Source: the human T2T-CHM13v2.0 reference genome, Homo sapiens
NCBI RefSeq assembly: GCF_009914755.1
Contig: NC_060944.1
Direction: 5' to 3' (one strand)
DNA length: 64,000 nucleotides
Below are positions 28,576 to 43,900 of this stretch, piece by piece. The notes beneath the pieces were generated by a model, which worked only from the letters and a program-made list of their open reading frames with translations, was not told where the DNA came from and made no database searches. The translations under genes and the position numbers were made by a program. The first letter of the stretch is position 1. Every line of letters starts with the position of its first letter.

Positions 28576-31334
28576 GGAGAGGAATGGATTGGAGTGGAAT
28601 GGAATGGAATGGAATGGAATGGAATGGAATGGTATCAATACAAGTGTAATTGAATGGAATGGAATGGAATGGAATGGAATGGAGAGGAATGGAATGGAAT
28701 TGATTTGAATGCAATGGAATCACCTGAAATCGAATGGAATGAAATGGAATCAACTAGAATGGAAAGGAATGGAATGGAATGGAATGCAGTTGAATGGAAT
28801 GGAATGAAATCAACCCGTGTGGAATGTAAGCCAAAGGAATGGAATGGAATGGAATGGAATGGAATGGAATCACCCAGAGTATAATTGAATGGAATGGAAT
28901 GGAATGGAATGGAATGGAATGGAATACAATGGAATGGAATGGAATGGAATGGAATGGAATGGAATGGAATAAACCGGAGTGGAATGGAATGGAATGGAAT
29001 GCAATGGATTCGATTGGAACTTAATTAACCCGATTGGAATGGAGTGGAATGGAATGGAATGGAAAGAAGCCGATTGGAATGCAGTGGACTGAAAAGGAAT
29101 GGAATTGAAAGGGATGGAATGGAATGGAATGGAATGCAATGGAATGGAATGGAATGGAATGGAATCAACCCGAGTGGAATGGAATAGAATGGAATGGAAT
29201 GCAATCAACCCAAGTGGAATGGAAAGGAGTGGAATGGAATCGAATGGAATGGATTGGAATGGAATGGAATCGAATGCAATCGAATGGAATAGCATGGAAA
29301 GTAATGGAATGCAATGGAAAGGAATCAAGCCAGGTGGAATCGAAAGGAATGGAATGGAATTGAATGCAATGGAATTGAATGGAATCAAGCCGAGTGGAAT
29401 GTAATGGCATGGAAGGGAGTGGAATGGAATGGAAAGGAATGGAATGGATTCAACGCGATTGGAAAGGAATGGAATGGAATGGAATGGAATGGAATCAACC
29501 CGAGTGGAATGGAGTGCAACGGAATGGAATGAAATGGAATGGAATGGAATGGAATGGAATGGAATGGAATGGAATGGAATGGAATGGAATCAACGTGATT
29601 GTAAAGGAATGAAATGAAATGGAATGGAATGGAATGCAATTGAATCAACTCGATTGGAAAGGAATGGTTGGAATGGAAATGAAAGGAATGGAATGGAATG
29701 AAATCAACCCGAATGGAATGGAATGGAATGGAATTTAATGGAATGGAATGGAATGGAATGGAATGGAATGGAATGGAATGGAATGGAATGGAATCACCCA
29801 GAGTATAATTGAATGGAATGGAATGGAATGGAATGGAATGGAATGGAATGGAATGGAAGGGAATGGAATGGAATGGATTCAAACCAAATGGAATGGAATG
29901 GAATGGATTGGAATGCAATGGAATTGAATGGAATAAACTGAAGTGGAATGGTATAGAATGGAATGGAATGGATTGGAATGCAATGGAATGGGAAGGAATG
30001 GAATCAACTAGAATGGAAAGGAATGGAATGGAATGGAATGCAGTGGAATGGAACGGAATGGAATCAACCCCTGTGGAATGTAATGCAAAGGAATGGAAAG
30101 GAATGGAATGGAATAAACAAAAGTGGAATGGAAGGGAATGGAATAGAATGGAATGGAATGGAATGGAAAGCAATGGAGTCAACCCGAATGGAATCGAATG
30201 GAATGGAATGCAAAGGAATGGAATGGAATGGAATGGAATGGACTGGAATGGGATGGAATGGAATGAAACCGAGTGGAGTGGAATGGAATTGAATGAAATG
30301 GAATGGAATAAACTGCAAATGAAAGGAGTGGAATGGAATGGAATGGAAACAACCAGAGTGGAATGGAATTGAATGGAATGGAATGGAATGGAATCAACCC
30401 GAGTGGAATGGAATTGAATCGAATGGAATGGAATGGAATCAACCAGAGTGGAATGGAATTGAATGGAATGGAATGGAATTAACCCGAGTGAAATGGAATG
30501 GAAAGGAATGGAATGGAATTTAATGGAATGGAATTGAATGGAATCAACCTCAGTGGACTGAAATGAAATGGAGTGGAATGGAAAGCAATGGAATTGAATG
30601 GAATCACCCAGAGTTGAATGGAATTGAATGGAATGGAATCAACCCAAATGGAATGTAATGAAATGGAATTGAATGGAATTACCCCGAGTGAAATGGCATG
30701 GAAAGGAACGGAATAGAATTTAATGGAATGGAATGGCATGCAATGGAATCAACCCGATTGGAATGGAATGGCATGAAATGGAATGCAATGCAATGGAATG
30801 GAACCAATAAGAGTGAAATGGATTGGAATGGAATGGAATGGAATGAAAGGGAATGGAAACAACGCGAGTGGAATGGAATGGAATGGAATGCAACGGAATG
30901 GAATGGAATGCAATGGAATGGAATGGAATACACCAGAGTGGAATGGAATAGAATGGAATGGAATGGAGTGGAATCAACCCCAGTGGAATGGAGCGGAATG
31001 GAATGGAATGGAATGGAATGGAATGGAATGGAATGCAATGGAATGGAATGGAATGGATTGGAATCAAACCGAGTGTAATGGAATGGAATGGAAAGGAATG
31101 GAATGGAATGAAATCAACCCGAGTGGAATGGAATGGAATGGAATGGAATGGGATGGAATAGAATGAAATGACGTGGATTGGAATCAATCTGAGTGGAATG
31201 GAAAGGAATAGAAAGGAATGGAATTGAAGAGAATGGAATGGAATGGAATGGAATGGAACGGAATTTAAAGGAATCAACCAGAATGGAATTGACTGTAACG
31301 GACGGGAATGGAATGGAATGGAATGGAATGGAAT
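28576..31334 (+). repeat. Truncated B start (~225 bp) fused through a mosaic junction to a headless ~2.5 kb copy of unit A
   Basis: B landmarks at 28576-28790, then GAAATCAACCCGTGTGGAATGTAAGCCAAAGG, CACCCAGAGTATAATT (28871), TACAATGG (28925), and A landmarks through GGACGGG (~31300). Confidence 0.85.
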
Positions 31335-33627
31335 GGAGAGGAATGGATTGGAGTGGAATGGAATGGAATGGAATGCAATGGAATGGAATGGAATGGTATC
31401 AATACAAGTGTAATTGAATGGAATGGAATGGAATGGAATGGAATGGAATGGAATGGAGAGGAATGGAATGGAATTGATTTGAATGCAATGGAATCACCTG
31501 AAATCGAATGGAATGGAATGGAATCAACTAGAATGGAAAGGAATGGAATGGAATGGAATGCAGTGGAATGGAATGGAATGGAATCAACCCGTGTGGAATG
31601 TAATGCAAAGGAATGGAATGGAATGGAATGGAATGGAATCATCAAAAGTGGAATGGAAGGGAATGGAATAGAATGGAATTGAATGGAATGGAATGGAAAG
31701 CAATGGAGTCAACCCGAATGGAATCGAATGTAATGAAATGCAATGGAATGGAATGGAATGCAATGGAATGGAATGGAATTGAATGGAATGGGATAGGATG
31801 GAATGGAATGGAATCAACCAGAGTGGAATAGAATTGAATGGAATGGAATGGAATGGAATCAACCCGAGTGGAATGGAATTGAATCGAATGGAATGGAATG
31901 GAATGGAATGGAATGGAATGGAATGGAATCAACCAGAGTGGAATGGAATTGAATGGAATGGAATGGAATGGAATCAACCCGAGTGGAATGGAATTAAATG
32001 GAATGGAATGGAATGGAATCAAGCCGAGTGGAATGGAATGGAATGGAATAGAATGGAATGGAATGGAAGGGAATGGAATGGAATTAACCCGAGTCAAATG
32101 GAATGGAAAGGAACGGAATAGAATTTAATGGAATGGAATGGAATGGAATCAACCTGAGTGGACTGGAATGAAATGGAGTGGAATGGAAAGCAATGGATTT
32201 GAATGGAATCAGCCAGAGTTGAATGAAATTGAACGGAATGGAATGGAATGGAATCAACCCAAATGGAATGTAATGGAATGGAATTGAATGGAATTACCCC
32301 GAGTGAAATGGCATGGAAAGGAACGGAATAGAAATTAATGGAATGAAATGGAATGGAATGGAATCAACATGAGTGGAATGGAATGGAATGAAATGGAATG
32401 CAATGCAATGGAATGGAACCAATAAAAGTGGAATCGAATGGAATGAAAGGGAATGGAATCAACCCACGTGGAATGGAATGGAATGGAATGGAATGGAATG
32501 GAATGGAATGGAATGGAATGGAATGGAATATACCAGAGTGGAATGGAATACAATGGAATGGAAGGGTGTGGAATCAACCACAGTGGAATGGAATGAAATG
32601 GAATGGAATGGAAAAGAGTGGAATGGAATGGTATGGAATGGAATGGAATGGATTGGAAACAAACCGAGTGTAATGGAATGGAATGGAAAGGAATGGAATG
32701 GAATGAAATCAACCCGAGTGAAATGGAATGGAATGGAATGGGATGGAATAGAATGCAATGGACTGGATTGGAATCAATCTGAGTGGAATGGAAAGGAATG
32801 CAAAGGAATGGGATTGAAGGGAAGGGAATGGAATGGAATGGAATGGAATGGAATGGAATAAACCCGAGTAGAATGCAATGGAAGGGAATGGAATCGAATG
32901 TAATGGAATGGCATTGAATGGAATCAACACGAGTGGAATGGAATGGAATGGAATGGATTGGAGTGGCACGGAAACAACCCCAGTGGAATGTAATGTAAAG
33001 GAATGGAATGGAATGGAGTAGAATGAACCCGAGTCGAATGGAATGGTATGGAATGAAACGGAATGGAATGGAATGGTATGGAATGGAATGGAATGGTATT
33101 GAACGGAATGGAATGGAATGGAATAGAATCCAATCCAGTGTAAAGGAATGGAACGGAATGGAATGGAATGGAATGGAATGGAATGGAATGGAATGGAATG
33201 CAATGGAAAGGAATGGACTCTAATGGAATAAATTGCAGTGGAATGGTATGGAATGCAAAGTAATATAATGAAAATGAGTGGAATCCACCAAAATGGAAAG
33301 GAAAGGAATGGAATGGAATGGAATGAATGGAATGGATTGGAAAGGAATCAACCCGAGTGGAATGGAAAGGAATGGAATGGAATGGAATGGAATGGAATGG
33401 AATGGAATGGAATGGAATGGATTGGAATGGAATCACCCCGTGTGGAATGGAAAGAATGGAATGCAATGGAAAGCAATGGCATGGAATGGAATGGAAAGGA
33501 ATCGAATGGAATGGAATGGAATGGAATGGAATCAACCCGGGTGGAATGTAATGGAATGAAATGGAATGGAATGGAATGGAATGGAATGGAATGGAATGGA
33601 ATGGAATGGAATGGAATAGAATGGAAT
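31335..33627 (+). repeat. Block B copy 2, lacking the distal ~0.7 kb
   Basis: B landmarks up to CAACCCGGGTGG (~33535), then direct return to the A tail AGAGTGGATTGG; CAACCTGCG through GAAATAAACCCG are missing. Confidence 0.88.
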
Positions 33628-33747
33628 AGAGTGGATTGGAATCAATCTGAGTGGAATGGAAAGGAATGGAAAGGAATGGAATTGAAGAGAATTGAATGGA
33701 ATGGAACGGAATGGAATGGAATGGAATGGAATGCAATGCAATGGAAT

Positions 33748-36700
33748 CAACCAGAGTGGAATTGAGTGTAATGGATCGAAATGGAATGGAATGGAATGGA
33801 ATAAACCTGAGTAGAATGCAATGGTAGGGAATGGAATCGAATGGAATGGAATGGCATTGAATGGAATCAACACGAGTGGAATGGAATGGAATGGATTGGA
33901 TTGGAAAGTTATGGAATCAACCCGAATGGAATGTAATGGAAAGGAATGGAATGGAATGCAGTGTAATTAACCCGAGTGGAATGGAATGGTATGGAGTGAA
34001 ATGGAACGGAATGGAATGGTATGGAATGGAATGGAATGAAAAGGAAAGGAAAGCAATGGAATCAAAACGAGTGGAATGGAATGGAATGTAAAGAAATGAA
34101 GTGGAATTCAATAGAATCAACACGAGTGGAATGAAATGGAAAGGAATTTAACGGAATGGAATGGAATGGAATGGAATCCAATCCAATGAAAAGGAATGGA
34201 ATGGAACGGAATAGAATGGAATGGAATGGAATGGAATGGAAAAAATTCGAGTGGAATGGAATGGAATGCAAAGTAATATAATGAAAATGAATGGAATCCA
34301 CCCGAATGGAAAGGAAAGGAATGGAATGGAATGGAATGGAATGGAATGGAATGGTATGGAGAGGAATGGAATTTAATGGAATGGAGAGGAATGGAATGGA
34401 ATTGAATGGAATGGAATGCAAAGGAACGGAAAGGAATGGAATGGAATGGAATTGAATGGAGTCAACGCAAGTGTAATTGAATGGAATGGAATGGAATGGA
34501 ATGGAATGGAATGGAATGGAATTGATTTGAATTGATTTGAATGGAATGGAATCAACTGGAATGGAATGCAATGGAATGGAATGGAATGGAATGGAATGGA
34601 ATGGAATCAAATAGAATAGAAACGAATGGAATGGAATGGAATGGAATTCAGTGGAATGGAATGGAATGGAATCAACCCGTGTGGAATGTAAGGCAAAGGA
34701 ATGGAATGGAATGGAATGCAATCAACAAAATTGGAAGGGAAGGGAATGGAATAGAATGGAATGGAATGGAATGGAATCTACAAAAGTGGAATGGAATGGA
34801 ATGGAATACAATGGAATGCAATGGAATGGAATGGAATGGAATGGAATAAACCGGAGTGGAATGGAATGGAATGGAATGCAATGGATTCGATTGGAACTTA
34901 ATTAACCCGATTGGAATGGAGTGGAATGGAATGGAATGGAAAGAAGCCGATTGGAATGCAGTGGACTGAAAAGGAATGGAATTGAAAGGGATGGAATGGA
35001 ATGGAATGGAATGCAATGGAATGGAATGGAATGGAATGGAATCAACCCGAGTGGAATGGAATAGAATGGAATGGAATGCAATCAACCCAAGTGGAATGGA
35101 AAGGAGTGGAATGGAATCGAATGGAATGGATTGGAATGGAATGGAATCGAATGCAATCGAATGGAATAGCATGGAAAGTAATGGAATGCAATGGAAAGGA
35201 ATCAAGCCAGGTGGAATCGAAAGGAATGGAATGGAATTGAATGCAATGGAATTGAATGGAATCAAGCCGAGTGGAATGTAATGGCATGGAATGGAGTGGA
35301 ATGGAATGGAAAGGAATGGAATGGATTCAACGCGATTGGAAAGGAATGGAATGGAATGGAATGGAATCAACCCGAGTGGAATGGAGTGCAACGGAATGGA
35401 ATGAAATGGAATGGAATGGAATGGAATGGAATGGAATGGAATCAACGTGATTGTAAAGGAATGAAATGAAATGGAATGGAATGGAATGCAATTGAATCAA
35501 CTCGATTGGAAAGGAATGGTTGGAATGGAAATGAAAGGAATGGAATGGAATGAAATCAACCCGAATGGAATGGAATGGAATGGAATGGAATGGAATGGAA
35601 TTTAATGGAATGGAATGGAATGGAATGGAATGGAATGGAATGGAATGGAATGGAATGGAATCACCCAGAGTATAATTGAATGGAATGGAATGGAATGGAA
35701 TGGAATGGAAGGGAATGGAATGGAATGGATTCAAACCAAATGGAATGGAATGGAATGGATTGGAATGCAATGGAATTGAATGGAATAAACTGAAGTGGAA
35801 TGGTATAGAATGGAATGGAATGGATTGGAATGCAATGGAATGGGAAGGAATGGAATCAACTAGAATGGAAAGGAATGGAATGCAATGGAATGCAGTGGAA
35901 TGGAATGGAATGGAATCAACCCCTGTGGAATGTAATGCAAAGGAATGGAAAGGAATGGAATGGAATAAACAAAAGTGGAATGGAAGGGAATGGAATAGAA
36001 TGGAATGGAATGGAATGGAAAGCAATGGAGTCAACCCGAATGGAATCGAATGGAATGGAATGCAAAGGAATGGAATGGAATGGAATGGAATGGACTGGAA
36101 TGGGATGGAATGGAATGAAACCGAGTGGAGTGGAATGGAATTGAATGAAATGGAATGGAATAAACTGCAAATGAAAGGAATGGAATGGAATGGAATGGAA
36201 ACAACCAGAGTGGAATGGAATTGAATGGAATGGAATGGAATGGAATCAACCCGAGTGGAATGGAATTGAATCGAATGGAATGGAATGGAATGGAATCAAC
36301 CAGAGTGGAATGGAATTGAATGGAATGGAATGGAATTAACCCGAGTGAAATGGAATGGAAAGGAATGGAATGGAATTTAATGGAATGGAATTGAATGGAA
36401 TCAACCTGAGTGGACTGAAATGAAATGGAGTGGAATGGAAAGCAATGGAATTGAATGGAATCACCCAGAGTTGAATGGAATTGAATGGAATGGAATCAAC
36501 CCAAATGGAATGTAATGAAATGGAATTGAATGGAATTACCCCGAGTGAAATGGCATGGAAAGGAACGGAATAGAATTTAATGGAATGGAATGGCATGCAA
36601 TGGAATCAACCCGATTGGAATGGAATGGCATGAAATGGAATGCAATGCAATGGAATGGAACCAATAAGAGTGAAATGGATTGGAATGGAATGGAATGCAA

Positions 36701-39700
36701 TGAAAGGGAATGGAAACAACGCGAGTGGAATGGAATGGAATGGAATGCAACGGAATGGAATGGAATGCAATGGAATGGAATGGAATACACCAGAGTGGAA
36801 TGGAATAGAATGGAATGGAATGGAGTGGAATCAACCCCAGTGGAATGGAACGGAATGGAATGGAGTGGAATGGAACGGAATGTAATGGAATGGAATGGAA
36901 TGGAATGGAATGCAATGGAATGGAATGGAATGGATTGGAATCAAACCGAGTGTAATGGAATGGAATGGAAAGGAATGGAATGGAATGAAATCAACCCGAG
37001 TGGAATGGAATGGAATGGAATGGAATGGGATGAAATAGAATGAAATGACGTGGATTGGAATCAATCTGAGTGGAATGGAAAGGAATAGAAAGGAATGGAA
37101 TTGAAGAGAATGGAATGGAATGGAATGGAATGGAACGGAATTTAAAGGAATCAACCAGAATGGAATTGACTGTAACGGACGGGAATGGAATGGAATGGAA
37201 TGGAATGGAATGGAATGGAATGGAATGGAATGGAATGGAATAGAGTGGATTGGAATCAATCTGAGTGGAATGGAAAGGAATGGAAAGGAATGGAATTGAA
37301 GAGAATTGAATGGAATGGAACGGAATGGAATGGAATGGAATGGAATGGAATGCAATGCAATGGAATCAACCAGAGTGGAATTGAGTGTAATGGATCGAAA
37401 TGGAATGGAATGGAATGGAATAAACCTGAGTAGAATGCAATGGTAGGGAATGGAATCGAATGGAATGGAATGGCATTGAATGGAATCAACACGAGTGGAA
37501 TGGAATGGAATGGATTGGATTGGAAAGTTATGGAATCAACCCGAATGGAATGTAATGGAAAGGAATGGAATGGAATGCAGTGTAATTAACCCGAGTGGAA
37601 TGGAATGGTATGGAGTGAAATGGAACGGAATGGAATGGTATGGAATGGAATGGAATGAAAAGGAAAGGAAAGCAATGGAATCAAAACGAGTGGAATGGAA
37701 TGGAATGTAAAGAAATGAAGTGGAATTCAATAGAATCAACACGAGTGGAATGAAATGGAAAGGAATTTAACGGAATGGAATGGAATGGAATGGAATCCAA
37801 TCCAATGAAAAGGAATGGAATGGAACGGAATAGAATGGAATGGAATGGAATGGAATGGAAAAAATTCGAGTGGAATGGAATGGAATGCAAAGTAATATAA
37901 TGAAAATGAATGGAATCCACCCGAATGGAAAGGAAAGGAATGGAATGGAATGGAATGGAATGGTATGGAGAGGAATGGAATTTAATGGAATGGAGAGGAA
38001 TGGAATGGAATTGAATGGAATGGAATGCAAAGGAACGGAAAGGAATGGAATGGAATGGAATTGAATGGAGTCAACGCAAGTGTAATTGAATGGAATGGAA
38101 TGGAATGGAATGGAATGGAATGGAATGGAATGGAATTGATTTGAATCGAATGGAATGCAATGGAATGGAATGGAATGGAATGGAATCAAATAGAATAGAA
38201 ACGAATGGAATGGAATGGAATGCAGTGGAATGGAATGGAATGGAATCAACCCGTGTGGAATGTAAGGCAAAGGAATGGAATGGAATGGAATGGAATCAAC
38301 AGAATTGGAAGGGAAGGGAATGGAATAGAATGGAATGGAATGGAATGGAATCTACAAAAGTGGAATGGAATGGAATGGAATACAATGGAATGGAATGGAA
38401 TGGAATGGAATGGAATAAACCGGAGTGGAATGGAATGGAATGGAATGCAATGGATTCGATTGGAACTTAATTAACCCGATTGGAATGGAGTGGAATGGAA
38501 TGGAATGGAAAGAAGCCGATTGGAATGCAATGGACTGAAAAGGAATGGAATTGAAAGGGATGGAATGGAATGGAATGGAATGCAATGGAATGGAATGGAA
38601 TGGAATGGAATGGAATGGAATCAACCCGAGTGGAATGGAATAGAATGGAATGGAATGCAATCAACCCAAGTGGAATGGAAAGGAGTGGAATGGAATCGAA
38701 TGGAATGGATTGGAATGGAATGGAATCGAATGCAATCGAATGGAATAGCATGGAAAGTAATGGAATGCAATGGAAAGGAATCAAGCCAGGTGGAATCGAA
38801 AGGAATGGAATGGAATTGAATGCAATGGAATTGAATGGAATCAAGCCGAGTGGAATGTAATGGCATGGAATGGAGTGGAATGGAATGGAAAGGAATGGAA
38901 TGGATTCAACGCGATTGGAAAGGAATGGAATGGAATGGAATGGAATCAACCCGAGTGGAATGGAGTGCAACGGAATGGAATGAAATGGAATGGAATGGAA
39001 TGGAATGGAATGGAATGGAATGGAATGGAATCAACGTGATTGTAAAGGAATGAAATGAAATGGAATGGAATGGAATGCAATTGAATCAACTCGATTGGAA
39101 AGGAATGGTTTGAATGGAAATGAAAGGAATGGAATGGAATGAAATCAACCCGAATGGAATGGAATGGAATGGAATGGAATGGAATGGAATGGAATGGAAT
39201 GGAATGGAATGGAATTTAATGGAATGGAATGGAATGGAATGGAATGGAATGGAATGGAATGGAATGGAATGGAATCACCCAGAGTAGAATTGAATGGAAT
39301 GGAATGGAATGGAAGGGAATGGAATGGAATGGATTCAAACCAAATGGAATGGAATGGAATGGATTGGAATGCAATGGAATTGAATGGAATAAACTGAAGA
39401 GGAATGGTATAGAATGGAATGGAATGGATTGGAATGCAATGGAATGGGAAGGAATGGAATCAACTAGAATGGAAAGGAATGGAATGGAATGGAATGCAGT
39501 GGAATGGAATGGAATGGAATCAACCCCTGTGGAATGTAATGCAAAGGAATGGAAAGGAATGGAATGGAATAAACAAAAGTGGAATGGAAGGGAATGGAAT
39601 AGAATGGAATGGAATGGAATGGAAAGCAATGGAGTCAACCCGAATGGAATCGAATGGAATGGAATGCAAAGGAATGGAATGGAATGGACTGGAATGGGAT

Positions 39701-40935
39701 GGAATGGAATGAAACCGAGTGGAGTGGAATGGAATTGAATGAAATGGAATGGAATAAACTGCAAATGAAAGGAATGGAATGGAATGGAATGGAAACAACC
39801 AGAGTGGAATGGAATTGAATGGAATGGAATGGAATGGAATCAACCCGAGTGGAATGGAATTGAATCGAATGGAATGGAATGGAATCAACCAGAGTGGAAT
39901 GGAATTGAATGGAATGGAATGGAATTAACCCGAGTGAAATGGAATGGAAAGGAATGGAATGGAATTTAATGGAATGGAATTGAATGGAATCAACCTGAGT
40001 GGACTGAAATGAAATGGAGTGGAATGGAAAGCAATGGAATTGAATGGAATCACCCAGAGTTGAATGGAATTGAATGGAATGGAATCAACCCAAATGGAAT
40101 GTAATGAAATGGAATTGAATGGAATTACCCCGAGTGAAATGGCATGGAAAGGAACGGAATAGAATTTAATGGAATGGAATGGCATGCAATGGAATCAACC
40201 CGATTGGAATGGAATGGCATGAAATGGAATGCAATGCAATGGAATGAAACCAATAAGAGTGAAATGGATTGGAATGGAATGGAATGGAATGAAAGGGAAT
40301 GGAAACAACGCGAGTGGAATGGAATGGAATAGAATGGAATGCAACGGAATGGAATGGAATGCAATGGAATGGAATGGAATACACCAGAGTGGAATGGAAT
40401 AGAATGGAATGGAATGGAGTGGAATCAACCCCAGTGGAATGGAACGGAATGGAATGGAATGGAATGGAATGGAATGGAATGGAATGGAATGCAATGGAAT
40501 GGAATGGAATGGATTGGAATCAAACCGAGTGTAATGGAATGGAATGGAAAGGAATGGAATGGAATGAAATCAACCCGAGTGGAATGGAATGGAATGGAAT
40601 GGAATGGGATGGAATAGAATGAAATGACGTGGATTGGAATCAATCTGAGTGGAATGGAAAGGAATAGAAAGGAATGGAATTGAAGAGAATGGAATGGAAT
40701 GGAATGGAATGGAACGGAATTTAAAGGAATCAACCAGAATGGAATTGACTGTAACGGACGGGAATGGAATGGAATGGAATGGAATGGAATGGAATGGAAT
40801 GGAATGGAATAGAGTGGATTGGAATCAATCTGAGTGGAATGGAAAGGAATGGAAAGGAATGGAATTGAAGAGAATTGAATGGAATGGAACGGAATGGAAT
40901 GGAATGGAATGGAATGGAATGCAATGCAATGGAAT
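33748..40935 (+). repeat. Two tandem copies of unit A (3619 and 3569 bp)
   Basis: Marker pseudo-ORF at 33861, 37480 and 41049; complete A landmark series twice, with no B block. Confidence 0.93.
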
Positions 40936-43900
40936 CAACCAGAGTGGAATTGAGTGTAATGGATCGAAATGGAATGGAATGGAATGGAATAAACCTGAGT
41001 AGAATGCAATGGTAGGGAATGGAATCGAATGGAATGGAATGGCATTGAATGGAATCAACACGAGTGGAATGGAATGGAATGGATTGGATTGGAAAGTTAT
41101 GGAATCAACCCGAATGGAATGTAATGGAAAGGAATGGAATGGAATGCAGTGTAATTAACCCGAGTGGAATGGAATGGTATGGAGTGAAATGGAACGGAAT
41201 GGAATGGTATGCAATGGAATGGAATGAAAAGGAAAGGAAAGCAATGGAATCAAAACGAGTGGAATGGAATGGAATGTAAAGAAATGAAGTGGAATTCAGT
41301 AGAATCAACACGAGTGGAATGAAATGGAAAGGAATTTAACGGAATGGAATGGAATGGAATGGAATCCAATCCAATGAAAAGGAATGGAATGGAACGGAAT
41401 AGAATGGAATGGAATGGAATGGAATGGAATGGAAAAAATTCGAGTGGAATGGAATGGAATGCAAAGTAATATAATGAAAATGAATGGAATCCACCCGAAT
41501 GGAAAGGAAAGGAATGGAATGGAATGGAATGGAATGGAATGGAATGGTATGGAGAGGAATGGAATTTAATGGAATGGAGAGGAATGGAATGGAATTGAAT
41601 GGAATGGAATGCAAAGGAACGGAAAGGAATGGAATGGAATGGAATTGAATGGAGTCAACGCAAGTGTAATTGAATGGAATGGAATGGAATGGAATGGAAT
41701 GGAATGGAATGGAATGGAATCAAATAGAATAGAAACGAATGGAATGGAATGGAATGCAGTGGAATGGAATGGAATGGAATCAACCCCTGTGGAATGTAAT
41801 GCAAAGGAATGGAAAGGAATGGAATGGAATAAACAAAAGTGGAATGGAAGGGAATGGAATAGAATTGAATGGAATGGAATGGAATGGAATCAACCCGAGT
41901 GGAATGGAATTGAATCGAATGGAATGGAATGGAATGGAATGGAATCAACCAGAGTGGAATGTAATTGAATGGAATGGAATGGAATGGAATCAACCCGAGT
42001 GGAATGGAATTAAATGGAATGGAATGGAATGGAATCAAGCCGAGTGGAATGGAATGGAATGGAATAGAATGGAATGGAATGGAAGGGAATGGAATGGAAT
42101 TAACCCGAGTCAAATGGAATGGAAAGGAACGGAATGGAATTTAATGGAATGGAATGGAATGGAATCAACCTGAGTGGACTGGAATGAAATGGAGTGGAAT
42201 GGAAAGCAATGGATTTGAATGGAATCAGCCAGAGTTGAATGAAATTGAACGGAATGGAATGGAATGGAATCAACCCAAATGGAATGTAATGGAATGGAAT
42301 TGAATGGAATTACCCCGAGTGAAATGGCATGGAAAGGAACGGAATAGAAATTAATGGAATGAAATGGAATGGAATGGAATCAACATGAGTGGAATGGAAT
42401 GGAATGAAATGGAATGCAATGCAATGGAATGGAACCAATAAAAGTGGAATCGAATGGAATGAAAGGGAATGGAATCAACCCACGTGGAATGGAATGGAAT
42501 GGAATGGAATGGAATGGAATGGAATGGAATGGAATGGAATGGAATATACCAGAGTGCAATGGAATACAATGGAATGGAAGGGTGTGGAATCAACCACAGT
42601 GGAATGGAATGAAATGGAATGGAATGGAAAAGAGTGGAATGGAATGGTATGGAATGGAATGGAATGGATTGGAAACAAACCGAGTGTAATGGAATGGAAT
42701 GGAAAGGAATGGAATGGAATGAAATCAACCCGAGTGAAATGGAATGGAATGGAATGGGATGGAATAGAATGCAATGGACTGGATTGGAATCAATCTGAGT
42801 GGAATGGAAAGGAATGCAAAGGAATGGGATTGAAGGGAATGGAATGGAATGGAATGGAATGGAATAAACCCGAGTAGAATGCAATGGAAGGGAATGGAAT
42901 CGAATGTAATGGAATGGCATTGAATGGAATCAACACGAGTGGAATGGAATGGAATGGAATGGATTGGAGTGGCACGGAATCAACCCCAGTGGAATGTAAT
43001 GTAAAGGAATGGAATGGAATGGAGTAGAATGAACCCGAGTCGAATGGAATGGTATGGAATGAAACGGAATGGAATGGAATGGTATGGAATGGAATGGAAT
43101 GGTATTGAACGGAATGGAATGGAATGGAATAGAATCCAATCCAGTGTAAAGGAATGGAATGGAATGGAATGGAATGGAATGGAATGGAATGGAATGGAAT
43201 GGAATGGAATGGAATGGAATGGAAAGGAATGGACTCTAATGGAATAAATTGCAGTGGAATGGTATGGAATGCAAAGTAATATAATGAAAATGAGTGGAAT
43301 CCACCAAAATGGAAAGGAAAGGAATGGAATGGAATGGAATGAATGGAATGGATTGGAAAGGAATCAACGCGAGTGGAATGGAAAGGAATGGAATGGAATG
43401 GAATGGAATGGAATGGAATGGAATGGAATGGATTGGAATGGAATCACCCCGTGTGGAATGGAAAGAATGGAATGCAATGGAAAGCAATGGCATGGAATGG
43501 AATGGAAAGGAATCGAATGGAATGGAATGGAATGGAATGGAATCAACCCGGGTGGAATGTAATGGAATGAAATGGAATGGAATGGAATGGAATGGAATGG
43601 AATGGAATGGAATTGAATGGAATGAAATGGATTGGAATCAACCTGCGTGGAATGTAGTGCATTCGAATTGAATGGAATCAACAAGATAGGAATGGAATGA
43701 AATGGAATGGAATTCAATGGAATGGAATGGAATGGAATGCAATGGAATCAACCCAAATGGAATGTAATGAAATGGAATTGAATGGAATTACCCCGAGTGA
43801 ACTGGCATGGAAAGGAACGGAATAGAATTTAATGGAATGGAATGGCATGCAATGGAATCAACACGAGTGCAATGGAATGCCATGAAATGGAATGCAATGC

